Positions 31,138 to 40,682 are shown, counted from the stretch's first letter. The stretch: DNA of 64,000 bases from Candidatus Nanopelagicales bacterium (GCA_030827125.1 JAURFD010000003.1:65607-129606); one strand, 5' to 3'. Notes: a model not told the origin generated them from the letters alone. Numbers and translations: made by a program.

Positions 31138-31341
31138 CTACAGCCCGTTGTCCTTGCGATAGACAGCGACGACGGCGTTCGCATGGCCGTGGCCCATACC
31201 CATCTGCTTGAGGTGGGCCACCTGCTCCATGTGCTTGGCCTCGCGCACCTCATCCAACTGCGTCATCCAGTAGTCGATGGGTTCGCCGTACTTCTTCTCA
31301 ATCGAAGGAAAGTAGGACTTTGGGCCGGTGACCTTCTCCAC
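31138..31341 (-). CDS. DUF4287 domain protein
   Basis: 67 aa. The sequence SYFPSIEKKYGEPIDYW...HLKQMGMGHGHANAVVA matches DUF4287 from memory. Confidence 0.75.
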   Translation of the reverse strand: MEKVTGPKSYFPSIEKKYGEPIDYWMTQLDEVREAKHMEQVAHLKQMGMGHGHANAVVAVYRKDNGL

Positions 31342-31367
31342 CCGCGCGAGTCTGCCACTCTGGCTCT

Positions 31368-31673
31368 ATGAGCAGGGCATTGAGTGAACAAGAAGTCGCC
31401 GATCAACTCATCCCGCTGCCGGGCTGGACCGGGACGACCGAGTCAATCCGCTGCTCGTATGTCTTCCCCGACTTCCCCACCGCGATCCTCGGAGTCGATC
31501 AGGTCGCCCTCGAAGCTGAGGACATGAACCACCATCCGGATATCGATATCCGATGGCGAACAGTCGCCTTCGAACTATCCACCCACAGTGTCGGGGGCGT
31601 CACGCAACTCGATATCGAACTCGCGCACCGCATCCGCCTCGTCGCCGAGGAGCAGCGCGGCACCATCGCGTGA
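31368..31673 (+). CDS. 4a-hydroxytetrahydrobiopterin dehydratase (PCD/DCoH family)
   Basis: 101 aa carrying the HHPD motif (EDMNHHPDIDIRWRTV). Confidence 0.85.
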   Translation: MSRALSEQEVADQLIPLPGWTGTTESIRCSYVFPDFPTAILGVDQVALEAEDMNHHPDIDIRWRTVAFELSTHSVGGVTQLDIELAHRIRLVAEEQRGTIA

Positions 31674-31684
31674 TCCATGGCTGA

Positions 31685-32758
31685 TTAGACGTTGAAGCGG
31701 AACTCGACCACGTCGCCATCGTGCATGAGGTAGTCCTTGCCCTCCATGCGGACCTTGCCGCGTGCCTTGGCCTCGGCCATCGTGCCTGCATCGACGAGAT
31801 CGTCAAAGGACACGACCTCGGCCTTGATGAAGCCCTTCTGGAAGTCGGTGTGGATGACACCGGCTGCCTCCGGGGCGGTCGCTCCCTTGCGAATGGTCCA
31901 CGCGCGGGCTTCCTTGGGCCCCGCGGTGAGGTAGGTCTGCAGACCCAGCGTGTCGAATCCCACGCGGGCGAGTGCGTCCAGCCCGGACTCGTCTTGGCCG
32001 ATCGACTGCAGCAACTCCAGCGCCTCATCGTGATCGAGGCCGACGAGTTCGGCTTCGATCTTGGCGTCCAGGAAGACCGCCTCTGCCGGGGACACGAGAT
32101 CGCGCATTTTCTGCCGGAACGACGCGTCGGACAGTTGCTCCTCGTCGGCGTTGATGACATACAAGAAGGGTTTGGCGGTCAGCAGGAAGAGCTCGCGGAT
32201 CTCCGTGGCGTCCATGCCCGAGGCGAAGATCGTCGTTCCCTCGTTGAGGATCTGCTGCGCCTTCTCCGCGGCCGCGAGCGCAGCAGCGCGCTCCTTGTTG
32301 ATGCGCGCTTCTTTCTGCAGGCGCGGGATCGCCTTCTCCACCGTCTGCATGTCAGCGAGGATCAACTCGGTGTTGATGGTGGCGAGGTCTTCTGCCGGAT
32401 CGACTCGGCCTTCGACGTGAACGACGTCCGGATCATCGAAGGCGCGGAGCACCTGGCAGATCGCATCGGACTCGCGAATGTTGGCGAGGAACTGGTTGCC
32501 CAGACCGGCTCCTTCGCTCGCCCCCTTGACGATGCCGGCGATATCGACGAACTGCACGGTCGCGGGCAGGATCCGCTCGGATCCGAAGATCTGTGCGAGG
32601 ACAGCGAGACGAGGGTCCGGGACCTCCACGACACCGGTGTTCGGCTCGATCGTGGCGAAGGGGTAGTTCGCCGCGAGGACGTCGTTCTCGGTGAGAGCGT
32701 TGAAGAGGGTGGACTTGCCGACGTTGGGCAGACCGACGATGCCGATAGTGAGCGCCAT
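31685..32758 (-). CDS. ychF: redox-regulated ATPase YchF
   Basis: It has G1 [14 protein letters not shown] and the TGS-type C-terminus [17 protein letters not shown]. Confidence 0.95.
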   Translation of the reverse strand: MALTIGIVGLPNVGKSTLFNALTENDVLAANYPFATIEPNTGVVEVPDPRLAVLAQIFGSERILPATVQFVDIAGIVKGASEGAGLGNQFLANIRESDAICQVLRAFDDPDVVHVEGRVDPAEDLATINTELILADMQTVEKAIPRLQKEARINKERAAALAAAEKAQQILNEGTTIFASGMDATEIRELFLLTAKPFLYVINADEEQLSDASFRQKMRDLVSPAEAVFLDAKIEAELVGLDHDEALELLQSIGQDESGLDALARVGFDTLGLQTYLTAGPKEARAWTIRKGATAPEAAGVIHTDFQKGFIKAEVVSFDDLVDAGTMAEAKARGKVRMEGKDYLMHDGDVVEFRFNV

Positions 32759-32769
32759 AGTGCGCCGAT

Positions 32770-32833
32770 CCTAGGTGGTGGCTGTGGATGACCGATCTTC
32801 GGCCGAAGTTCAGTGTCAGACCCCCCACCTAGG
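32770..32833. promoter_or_regulatory. nested palindromes in the ychF / HNH-gene divergent intergenic region
   Basis: A 9-bp inverted repeat pairs CCTAGGTGG (32770-32778) with CCACCTAGG (32825-32833). It encloses a perfect 12-bp palindrome CTTCGGCCGAAG (32797-32808). Confidence 0.4.
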
Positions 32834-32841
32834 TTGGGGGC

Positions 32842-34260
32842 ATGTCAGCAGGGTGGCGCGATCGCAGCGAAGCGAGCGAGTGCTCGTGGGATTCGCTGCC
32901 GCCCGGCCCGGGCTTGGCAGCAAAGTTGGCCGAGATCGATCCCGGCACGCTTGATGACAGCGATCGCGTCGCCTACCTCGCGGCGACTGACCGGCTTCTG
33001 GGCTGGAGCCACATGCTTCAAGCCAAGGCGTTGGTCGCGGTGTCCGATGCCGTGTGCGCCGCCACGGCGACACCGAACGTCGAGTTCTCGTCGCATCAGC
33101 AGGGCTGGGTCGCCGACGAGGTCGCGGCGGCGTTACACATTGCGGCACGCACGGCGACGGGCAGGGTCAACGCCGCGAGCGCCCTGGTGCGCGACTGGCC
33201 ACGTCTCGGCGAGGCCGTAGCTTCCGGGGAGTTGACCCTCGGGCAAGCCCGTGAGGTCTACGAAGCAGCGTCGATCCTGTCGGGCTGTGCCGACGAGACC
33301 GGCGCCGACCTCTCCGACCGCGCGGTGGAGATGTCGATGTTCTTCGCCCGTGATCTGCCGCCCGCGCGACTTCGTGAGCGCATGAACCGTCTGGTGTCCT
33401 CACTCGATCCGGAGGCCGCCACGCGGCGCCGGCGGCGAGCAGAGCGGGACCGCACTGACGTCTCGATGTGGGCCGAGGCAGACGGGATCGCCTGCCTGTC
33501 AGCCCGCGGTCCGTCCCTGGACACGGTGGCCGTCCGGGACCTGATCGACGCGCGGGCCCGCGCCATGCGCCAGGCCGCCGACGAGGGCGACGACCGCACC
33601 CTCGGCCAGTGGCGCCATGCAGCCCTGCTGAGCGCTTTTGGGCTCGCTCCGGTGGGTCGCGTTGGTGTGCGTCGGGCAGGCGACGAGTCCACGGCGACGG
33701 CTTTGAGCGAGCCAGCGTCTGTCGTGGACGATCCCCCGCTCACTCACCCGGATGTGCAGATCCGGGTCACCGTTCCCCTGACCACCCTCTTCGGCCTGAC
33801 CGACACACCCGGTGAACTCGAGGGTTTCGGTCCACTGGACCCGGAGTTGGTGCGCGCTCTAGCCGCCGATGCACAGTGGCAGCGCTGGGTGACCGATCCG
33901 GTCGGCGACTACCTCATCGACGAGGGTCGACAGCGGTTCCCCGGTGCGCGCCTGGCTCGGTTCCTGCGTGCCCGTGAGTCGCGCTGCAAGCACCCGTCCT
34001 GCGGTGTGCGCTCTCGCAACTGCGACGCAGACCACCTGCCGGCCTTCGGTGCGGGTGGCCAGACGTCCGCCCAGGGTCTGTCCCCCACCTGCCCGCGCCA
34101 CAATCGCGGCCGGGTCGCTTCCGGGTGGAGGGTTGAGGAGGATGGGCCGAAGGATCCACACGGTCCGCCCGACCCGATCTGGGTGAGCACACTAGGGCGG
34201 CGCTACGAGAACTCGATGCCCGCCGTGTTCACCGACGACTACATACCCCTCCGGAGATAA
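32842..34260 (+). CDS. DUF222 / HNH endonuclease (REP13E12-type) protein
   Basis: An N-terminal DUF222-like region is followed by a C-terminal HNH motif (CKHPSCGVRSRNCDADHLPAFGAGGQTSAQGLSPTCPRHN). Confidence 0.85.
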   Translation: MSAGWRDRSEASECSWDSLPPGPGLAAKLAEIDPGTLDDSDRVAYLAATDRLLGWSHMLQAKALVAVSDAVCAATATPNVEFSSHQQGWVADEVAAALHIAARTATGRVNAASALVRDWPRLGEAVASGELTLGQAREVYEAASILSGCADETGADLSDRAVEMSMFFARDLPPARLRERMNRLVSSLDPEAATRRRRRAERDRTDVSMWAEADGIACLSARGPSLDTVAVRDLIDARARAMRQAADEGDDRTLGQWRHAALLSAFGLAPVGRVGVRRAGDESTATALSEPASVVDDPPLTHPDVQIRVTVPLTTLFGLTDTPGELEGFGPLDPELVRALAADAQWQRWVTDPVGDYLIDEGRQRFPGARLARFLRARESRCKHPSCGVRSRNCDADHLPAFGAGGQTSAQGLSPTCPRHNRGRVASGWRVEEDGPKDPHGPPDPIWVSTLGRRYENSMPAVFTDDYIPLRR

Positions 34261-34325
34261 GCCTCTGCGCGGATAACCGCGTGTGACGCCAGCCCACTGT
34301 CAGTCCCCCCTGTCACAGTCGTGAC

Positions 34326-35375
34326 ATGGACACCTCCGCCCTTGCTCTCACCGTGCTCGCCACGGTCCTATGTGTTGCCCTTACTCTTCTCGCCGGCTAC
34401 GCCCTGGGGCGCTCCCGCGCGCGGTCGTCGACCGATGCACCCGATGTCATGGCGGTGGAGACAGCCCTGGATCGGCTCGGTCGGCGCCTCGATGAAGCCG
34501 AATCGCTCCGGCGCGCCGACCAGGCGGGCATGCGGGCAGAGATCGGCGAGCAGTTGCGTCACGTCGAGGCCACGGCCGAGGTGATTCGCCGGGAGACGGG
34601 ATCCCTGGCCACCGCGCTGGGTCGCGTCGACGTTCGCGGCCGGTGGGGTGAGGCGCACCTACGCCGACTGGTGGAGAGCGCCGGGATGCTCGAACACGTC
34701 GACTTCGTTGAGCAGGACACCACTACCGGCGACTCCGGTGTCTCCCGGCCGGACCTGGTGGTCCACCTCGGTGCCGAGCGCGCCTTGATCGTCGACGCCA
34801 AGGTTCCCCTCGCGGCCCTGCTCGAGGCCGAGGCCAACGACGACCCGGCGGCGAGGGCCGACCTGTACGGACGGCACGCCCGCGACGTGGCCGCGCACGT
34901 GGATCGACTCGGTGCCAAGGAATATTGGCGGCGATACGACGGATCCCTCGAGGCGGTCGTCCTGTTCCTGCCCGCGGAGTCGATGCTCGGGATCGCCCTG
35001 CGCGAGGACCCCACGCTGCTCGACCGAGCCTTCTCCCGCGGGGTCATCGTGGCGACCCCAACGACGCTGCTCGCACTCTTGCGCACCGTTTCCCACGTGT
35101 GGCGACGCGAGGCGATCGCGGACAACGCTCGCGAGATCCACGCCCTCGGCCGGGAGCTCTACGAGCGTCTCGGCACCTTCCTCGACCACGTACGGAGAAT
35201 GGGTAGTTCCCTCGACAGCGCGGTGAGTCACTACAACAAAGCTGTCGGTTCACTGGAGGGTCGCGTCCTGGTGTCGGCTCGCCGACTGTCCGAACTCGGC
35301 GTGGGTAGTGGCGAACTCGCCACACCGGAGCCGGTCACTCAGCGCAGCCGCACGACCGAATCACTTGGACGTTGA
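34326..35375 (+). CDS. rmuC: DNA recombination protein RmuC
   Basis: It has an N-terminal TM helix, a coiled-coil region, and the RmuC core (RPDLVVHLGAERALIVDAKVPL...VLFLPAESML). Confidence 0.9.
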   Translation: MDTSALALTVLATVLCVALTLLAGYALGRSRARSSTDAPDVMAVETALDRLGRRLDEAESLRRADQAGMRAEIGEQLRHVEATAEVIRRETGSLATALGRVDVRGRWGEAHLRRLVESAGMLEHVDFVEQDTTTGDSGVSRPDLVVHLGAERALIVDAKVPLAALLEAEANDDPAARADLYGRHARDVAAHVDRLGAKEYWRRYDGSLEAVVLFLPAESMLGIALREDPTLLDRAFSRGVIVATPTTLLALLRTVSHVWRREAIADNAREIHALGRELYERLGTFLDHVRRMGSSLDSAVSHYNKAVGSLEGRVLVSARRLSELGVGSGELATPEPVTQRSRTTESLGR

Positions 35376-35521
35376 TCTGCGCTGATATCCATCCACCGCA
35401 CCACCGAGTCCTCGGCGTACATGCCCACCGCTCCCCGGCGTTCGGAATACGGCAGGTCATAGGCGACGAGGAACTCCCCGTTGACGCGGCAGCGTGTCTC
35501 GGTGAGTCCACATAGGGCTTC

Positions 35522-35836
35522 TCATCGCGGGCCCTGCTCTGCTCCGTATCCCGCGAATTCAAGAACTTCCCGACGGGAGAACGAAGGTCCGAACTGTTCG
35601 GGCGCCGGCCCCTCTCCGAGGAGGTGCTCGAACGCGGCCACGATGCGCTCGGCAGCATGTCCATCACCGAACGGATTGACCGCGTCGACCATCCGGGCGC
35701 GTTCTTCGGGGTGATCTAGCAACTCCAGGGCGTTCTGCTCGATCGCCTGCGGATCGGTGCCCACCAGTCGCAGAGTGCCGGCGCGCAGGCCCTCATGCCG
35801 TTCGGTGACATCCCGGCACACGAGCACCGGCTTCAC
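35522..35836 (-). pseudogene. wecB: UDP-N-acetylglucosamine 2-epimerase, detached C-terminal fragment
   Basis: KPVLVCRDVTERHEGLRAGTLRLVGTDPQAIEQNALELLD...NPFGDGHAAERIV is the C-terminal ~70 residues of non-hydrolysing epimerases. It lacks its own N-terminal 325 codons. Confidence 0.85.
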
Positions 35837-35848
35837 GACACCGGTATT

Positions 35849-35857
35849 AGGTGTCGG
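35849..35857. repeat. direct repeat copy 1 (AGGTGTCGG) at the insertion edge
   Basis: It is an exact match to 36780-36788 and lies 13 nt beyond the stop of the pentapeptide gene. Confidence 0.8.
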
Positions 35858-35870
35858 TGTGTCGTCTCTG

Positions 35871-36701
35871 TCAGCAGTCGCTGTTATTGGTGCTGCCGTC
35901 CGGCATCGTCGTGTTGCAGAAAACCGCGCCGGTCAGGTCCGCGCCATTCAGGTTTGCGCCGTTCAGGCTCGCGTTGGTCAGGTTTGCGCCGCTCAGGTAC
36001 GCGCCGGTCAGGTTCGCGCCGTTCAGGTACGCGCCGTTCAGGTACGCGCCGGTCAGGCTCGCCCCGGTCAGGTTCGCGCCGTTCAGGTGCGCGCCGTTCA
36101 GGCCCGCGTTGAGCAGGCCCGCACCGGTCAGGTTCGCGCCGGTCAGGCTCGCGCCATTCAGGTTCGTGTAGTACAGGGCCGCGTTGGTCAGGTTCGCACC
36201 GGTCAGGTTCGCACCGGTCAGGGTCGCGCCGGTTAGGGTCGCGTTGGTCAGGTTCGCGCCGGTCAGGTTCGCGCCGTACAGGTCTGCGTTTTGACAGTTG
36301 GGATCGCAGGCGGGTCCCGCCCGCATCACGCGACCGCGTGGTCTGCTTGATCTGGTGGGACTAAAGTTTGCCCCCACCAAGGATGCATCTTGCAGCTGTG
36401 CGTGGCGTAGGACCACTGCCCGGAAGTTGGCCTCGTTCAGGCGCGCACCCCGCAGATCGGCTCCTTGGAGTTTGGCCCGAGCGAACTTCGCCCCTCGAAG
36501 GTCACCATGATGTGTAAACGTCCACTTCTGGACCACGTCCCGGCAGTCCGCCCCGGGTCCGGGCACACAGGCGATTTTGCCGGTGCCGATCCGATCCCCC
36601 GGTGCCGCCGCCACCGCCGGGGCGATCAAACCGCCCGCCAACACAACCCCGGCAGACCCTGCCACCAACACCCGACGCCACCACACACCCTGTCCAGTCA
36701 T
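35871..36701 (-). CDS. exported pentapeptide-repeat protein
   Basis: A signal peptide with twin Arg is present (MTGQGVWWRRVLVAGSAGVVLAGGLIAPAVAAAP). The body has 10 plus 24 consecutive A(D/N)LxG-type pentapeptides and Cys-containing caps. The ATG at 36701 is preferred, and GTG at 36737 is possible. Confidence 0.8.
   Translation of the reverse strand: MTGQGVWWRRVLVAGSAGVVLAGGLIAPAVAAAPGDRIGTGKIACVPGPGADCRDVVQKWTFTHHGDLRGAKFARAKLQGADLRGARLNEANFRAVVLRHAQLQDASLVGANFSPTRSSRPRGRVMRAGPACDPNCQNADLYGANLTGANLTNATLTGATLTGANLTGANLTNAALYYTNLNGASLTGANLTGAGLLNAGLNGAHLNGANLTGASLTGAYLNGAYLNGANLTGAYLSGANLTNASLNGANLNGADLTGAVFCNTTMPDGSTNNSDC
35928..36287 (-). repeat. 24 tandem 15-bp units (coding pentapeptide repeats)
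   Basis: The sequence is visibly periodic, e.g. GCGCCGGTCAGGTTC and GCGCCGTTCAGGTAC. Each 15-bp unit encodes ANLTG, AYLNG and similar pentapeptides on the minus strand. Confidence 0.9.
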
Positions 36702-36779
36702 TCCGCGACCGTAACCGGCCCACGCAACGCAGTCCACCCCACACGACGAAAACCCCCGACGACGGACACACCAGGGTCA

Positions 36780-36788
36780 AGGTGTCGG
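36780..36788. repeat. direct repeat copy 2 (AGGTGTCGG) at the insertion edge
   Basis: It is an exact match to 35849-35857 and lies at the point where epimerase homology stops (…EEGPSVGTP). Confidence 0.8.
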
Positions 36789-37761
36789 GGGTCCCGACGC
36801 TTGGGCCCTCCTCCTGGATTCCCCCGGAGTCCGAGATAGCCAGCGTCGCCGCCTTGAGCAAGCGGGCGAATACCGCGTAGTCCAGTGGCTCGGTGATGAT
36901 CACATTGGGGAGTGGATCGAGGATCGGCCGCATCTCGTGCGCCACTCGGGGATTGGGATGCAGCGGCAGGACCGCAGTGAGATCCGGCCGCGCCCGGCAC
37001 ACGCGCGCAACGCCCTCCGCAATGCCGGCCAGCCCCCCGCCCCAATTCTCGCGTCGATGCGCCGTGACAACGAGGAGCGGCCGTCCGTCATCAACGCCCT
37101 CAAGTCGAGCGTCGGGCCATGGTGCCTGGAGATTCGCGGCCCACTGCAAGGCATCAATGCCGGTATTGCCACTGACGAAGATGAGTTCGCCGGAGATACC
37201 TTCGCGAATCAGCGACTCCTTGTTGTCGAGTGTGGGCGCAATGTGGAAGGAGGACAGGGTCGTGAGCACTCGACGGTTCAGTTCTTCGGGGAACGGCATG
37301 AGCATGTTGTTGGAACGAAGTCCGGCCTCCAGATGGAAGACCGGTAGCCGCGCGTTCGCCGACGCGAGCCCCGCAGCCATGGCCGAGGTCGTGTCGCCGT
37401 GGACCAGCGTGAAACCGGGAAACGCACCCTCGCCGCCCTCGACGGCACCCTGCAATCTCGGCCGACCGCGGCGTTCGGCGACTCCACCCCGCAACTCCTT
37501 CAGCAGGTCCTCGATTGCACGCACCACGCGGTAGGTAACGCCGTTCAGGGTCTGCTCCGGCCGCGCCACGGCAAGGTCGACATCGGGCTCGACGCCTGCA
37601 AGCCTGAGGACGTCGTTCACCAAGTCCTCATGCTGACCGGTCGAAACGACCACCGGACGAATTGATTCGGAGTCACGCAAAGCGAGGATGACCGGGAGCA
37701 CCTTGATCGCCTCTGGCCGGGTGCCGACGACGATCAGGCACGGTGTTTGAGGCTTTGCCAT
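36787..37761 (-). pseudogene. wecB: UDP-N-acetylglucosamine 2-epimerase, N-terminal 325 codons (truncated by insertion)
   Basis: MAKPQTPCLIVVGTRPEAIKVLPV...HGDTTSAMAAGLA...HLEAGLRS...VTAHRRENWG...ISDSGGIQEEGPSVGTP is collinear with WecB/MnaA. The ORF then reads through ~95 unrelated codons to a stop at 36502. Confidence 0.85.
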
Positions 37762-37802
37762 GAATTCATGTTAGGCGAACGCCGCGAACTAACGGGTGCA
37801 CG

Positions 37803-38534
37803 ATGAGGTATCGCGTAGCCTTGGCGATCGTGAGCGACGCGACCACCCCCACGGGACGCCTGTTCCGGTCGCTGCGTGCCGAAGGCTCAGCCGCCGACAA
37901 CGCGGTCCCCGCCCTCTCCCTTGATGAGGTGGTCGGGTTGCGCAGCGTGAGTCTGGCCAGCACGCACACTCCTGAGCCAACCCCGGAGGTCGTGACCGAA
38001 TCAGGCACGATGCCCGATCTGCCACCCGTGCCGGCGGCACCGACACCGGAACCCTTCGTCGCGCCGCCCCCGGCCGCACCTGCCCCCGTCGACGTCCTGA
38101 CGGGGGGTGCCGCAACTCCCCCACCACCGCGACGGGGAGGCGCGCACGCCCAGCGAGGTATCGGCGCGGGCAGTGTCTGGCTCATCGTCATCGGAGTCAC
38201 CGTCGTCATGGCCTTCGCCGACGCGCTGGTCATGAGGCAGGTCGGCCTGGGGTGGCTCACCGGAGTCGCCCTCGTCGTCGCGAGCGTCTACGCAGCATTC
38301 ACCGTCCGCATCGATGACGCGATCATCGCAGTCGTCGCGCCGCCACTGGCGTTCTTCCTCGCCACGTTGACCGCCGGTCAACTCACCGTGAGCACATCCG
38401 GAGACCTACTCGTCAACGAGGCCTTCATGATCGTGACGACCTTGGGCACCAACGCCCTATGGATCTTCGGGGCGACCATCGCAGCCCTCATCATCGTCCT
38501 GGTGCGTCGCGGGCTCAGCCGCCGGCAGCCTTAA
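37803..38534 (+). CDS. membrane protein (DUF6542-like) with Pro-rich N-terminal region
   Basis: The C-terminal half has 4 TM helices ([20 protein letters not shown]..., [15 protein letters not shown]...). The true start is uncertain. Confidence 0.55.
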   Translation: MRYRVALAIVSDATTPTGRLFRSLRAEGSAADNAVPALSLDEVVGLRSVSLASTHTPEPTPEVVTESGTMPDLPPVPAAPTPEPFVAPPPAAPAPVDVLTGGAATPPPPRRGGAHAQRGIGAGSVWLIVIGVTVVMAFADALVMRQVGLGWLTGVALVVASVYAAFTVRIDDAIIAVVAPPLAFFLATLTAGQLTVSTSGDLLVNEAFMIVTTLGTNALWIFGATIAALIIVLVRRGLSRRQP

Positions 38535-39468
38535 GGTCCCGACGCAACTCCGGCGGAAGAGCGAACACCAAGGTTTCCTCCGCTGACGTCACTTCCTCGA
38601 CATCATCAAAGCCGCGCTCCGCGAGGTAGGCCAACACACCGTCGACGAGAGTCTCCGGCACAGAGGCACCTGATGTGATACCCACGATCTCGGCACCTGT
38701 GAGCCAGGCTTCCTCGATCTCGTCGGCGGCATCGATGCGGTACGCCGCCGTCGCGCCCGCTTCGAGTGCCACCTCGACGAGGCGCACCGAATTGGACGAG
38801 TTGCCCGACCCCACGACGATCACGAGGTCGCATTCGGGGGCAATGTCCTTCACTGCCGCCTGGCGGTTCTGGGTGGCGTAGCAGATGTCATCACTCGGGG
38901 GGCTCTGCAATTGCGGGAAGCGGCCCTTGAGCCGATCAACCGTCTCGAGGGTTTCGTCTACGGACAGTGTGGTCTGGGAGAGCCAGATGACCGGGCGCTC
39001 CGCGTCGATCGCGACCTGGTCGGCGTCATCCGGAGATTCCACGAGCGTCATGGCGTCCGGGGCCTCCCCCATCGTCCCGACAACTTCCTCGTGGCCTTCG
39101 TGCCCGATGAGCAGGATCTGCATGCCATCGCCGGCGAAGCGCTTCGCCTCGGAGTGCACCTTGGTCACCAACGGGCAGGTCGCGTCAATGGTCTTCAACT
39201 GCCGATCGGTGGCCTCCGCATGCACGGACGGGGCAACCCCGTGCGCGGAGAAGACCACGGTCGAGCCCTCGGGCACCTCGTCAAGTTCCTCGACGAAGAC
39301 CGCGCCGCGCGCCTGCAATTGCTCGACGACGTAGCGGTTATGCACGATCTGCTTGCGGACGTAGACGGGGGCGCCGTAGAGGTCCAGGGCCTTTTCGACG
39401 GTGACCACAGCTCGGTCCACGCCGGCGCAGTATCCGCGGGGCGCTGCAAGGAGAACTCTCTTCGGCAT
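38515..39468 (-). CDS. ispH: 4-hydroxy-3-methylbut-2-enyl diphosphate reductase
   Basis: [21 protein letters not shown]...IVHN...[10 protein letters not shown]...SSNS are IspH/LytB hallmarks. The ATG at 39468 was chosen as the start. Confidence 0.95.
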   Translation of the reverse strand: MPKRVLLAAPRGYCAGVDRAVVTVEKALDLYGAPVYVRKQIVHNRYVVEQLQARGAVFVEELDEVPEGSTVVFSAHGVAPSVHAEATDRQLKTIDATCPLVTKVHSEAKRFAGDGMQILLIGHEGHEEVVGTMGEAPDAMTLVESPDDADQVAIDAERPVIWLSQTTLSVDETLETVDRLKGRFPQLQSPPSDDICYATQNRQAAVKDIAPECDLVIVVGSGNSSNSVRLVEVALEAGATAAYRIDAADEIEEAWLTGAEIVGITSGASVPETLVDGVLAYLAERGFDDVEEVTSAEETLVFALPPELRRDLKAAGG

Positions 39469-39536
39469 TCCCCCATCGTAGGTGGAGAGGTCAGATGTGG
39501 CCTGCGGCGGCATGAGCGGCCCCGTAGCCTGCGCCC

Positions 39537-40682
39537 ATGGGTCTGGAAACATCCGCGGAGTCACCGGCCGCCGTCCGGACGGTGTCACACCTGCTCGCGG
39601 ACTGGATCGGTCGGCTCGGGTCGATCTGGATCGAGGGTCAGATCGCACAGATCAGCAGGCGTCCAGGCATGCGCACCGCGTGGGTGACCCTGCGTGATAC
39701 CGACGCCGACCTGTCGCTGACGGTCGTCACCGATGTCGCCCTCCTCGGCGCGACCACCCCGCCACTCACCGAGGGCCAGCGCGTCATCGTGCATGGCAAG
39801 CCGGAGTTCTATGAGGGCCGCGGCACGCTGCAGATCCGCGCCCGCGAATTCCGAGCGGTGGGTCGGGGTGCGCTGCTGGAAGAGATCGAACGCCTCCGAG
39901 CGCTCTTCGAAGCCGAGGGCCTCTTCGCCGCCGCGCGCAAGCGTCCCCTGCCCTTCCTGCCGCGCCGGGTGGGGCTCATCAGTGGTCGAGCCAGCGCCGC
40001 CTTGACCGACGTGGTGGAGAACGCCGAACGCCGCTGGCCGGCCGTGACGTTCGAGATTCGGGAGGTTGCCGTGCAGGGCGCGAGCGCCGTGACCGCCATG
40101 GTCGCCGCCCTCAGTGACCTCAACGACGTACCCGAGGTAGATGTCATTGTCATCGCCCGCGGCGGCGGCAGTGTCGAAGATCTGCTGCCCTTCAGCAACG
40201 AGCGACTCGTGCGCGCCGTCGTGGCCTCTCGGGTGCCGGTGGTGAGCGCGATCGGTCACGAGAAGGACGTGCCGCTCATTGACCTGGTGGCCGACCTGCG
40301 CGCGTCCACCCCCACTGATGCGGCCAAGCGGATCATCCCGGACCTCGCCGAGGAGATCGCCCTCATCGCGGGAGCGCGCGAACGCACGCGCCGAGCCGTA
40401 TCCCGTCGCCTCACCGCGGAGGTCGATCTCATCGACCGCCAACGCCGGTCGCTGCATCGGTCCCTGACCTCGCGGATCACCCATGGTCGCCATGACCTTG
40501 AGCACCTGGTCGCGCGCCTCACCGCCTTGTCACCGGCGGCCACACTGGAGCGCGGGTACGCCGTCGTCCGCACCCTGGACGGCGCGGTCGTCCGCGACGT
40601 CGCCGATATCTCGTCGGGGGATCACCTCGGTGTGCGCGTCGCCCATGGCGGGTTCACCGTCCAGGTCCAGGATCTAGGGTGA
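39537..40682 (+). CDS. xseA: exodeoxyribonuclease VII large subunit
   Basis: It has an OB-fold N-terminus ([15 protein letters not shown]...WVTLRD), a catalytic core ([29 protein letters not shown]) and a coiled-coil tail. Confidence 0.9.
   Translation: MGLETSAESPAAVRTVSHLLADWIGRLGSIWIEGQIAQISRRPGMRTAWVTLRDTDADLSLTVVTDVALLGATTPPLTEGQRVIVHGKPEFYEGRGTLQIRAREFRAVGRGALLEEIERLRALFEAEGLFAAARKRPLPFLPRRVGLISGRASAALTDVVENAERRWPAVTFEIREVAVQGASAVTAMVAALSDLNDVPEVDVIVIARGGGSVEDLLPFSNERLVRAVVASRVPVVSAIGHEKDVPLIDLVADLRASTPTDAAKRIIPDLAEEIALIAGARERTRRAVSRRLTAEVDLIDRQRRSLHRSLTSRITHGRHDLEHLVARLTALSPAATLERGYAVVRTLDGAVVRDVADISSGDHLGVRVAHGGFTVQVQDLG

Larger units (their letters stand above)
35849..36788 (-). mobile_element. 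candidate transposase-less single-gene insertion (cassette-like) interrupting wecB
   Basis: The two halves of wecB are separated by 959 nt and are out of frame. The interval contains only the pentapeptide-repeat gene. A 9-bp perfect direct repeat sits at both edges, and an 11/12 subterminal inverted match pairs 35856-35866 with 36758-36772. No recombinase is present. Confidence 0.45.

Noticed and set aside
35928-36287. A regular short-period repeat array that could be mistaken for a CRISPR or satellite locus.
   Set aside because: The period is 15 bp with no unique spacers. It lies entirely inside an ORF and translates to canonical pentapeptide repeats, so it is a coding repeat and not a CRISPR array.
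35849-36788. The insertion in wecB interpreted as an integron cassette, an IS element or a prophage remnant.
   Set aside because: There is no attC-like imperfect palindrome, since only 13 nt separate the cargo stop from the edge. No transposase, integrase or phage gene is present in any frame. It is therefore kept only as a candidate non-autonomous cassette.
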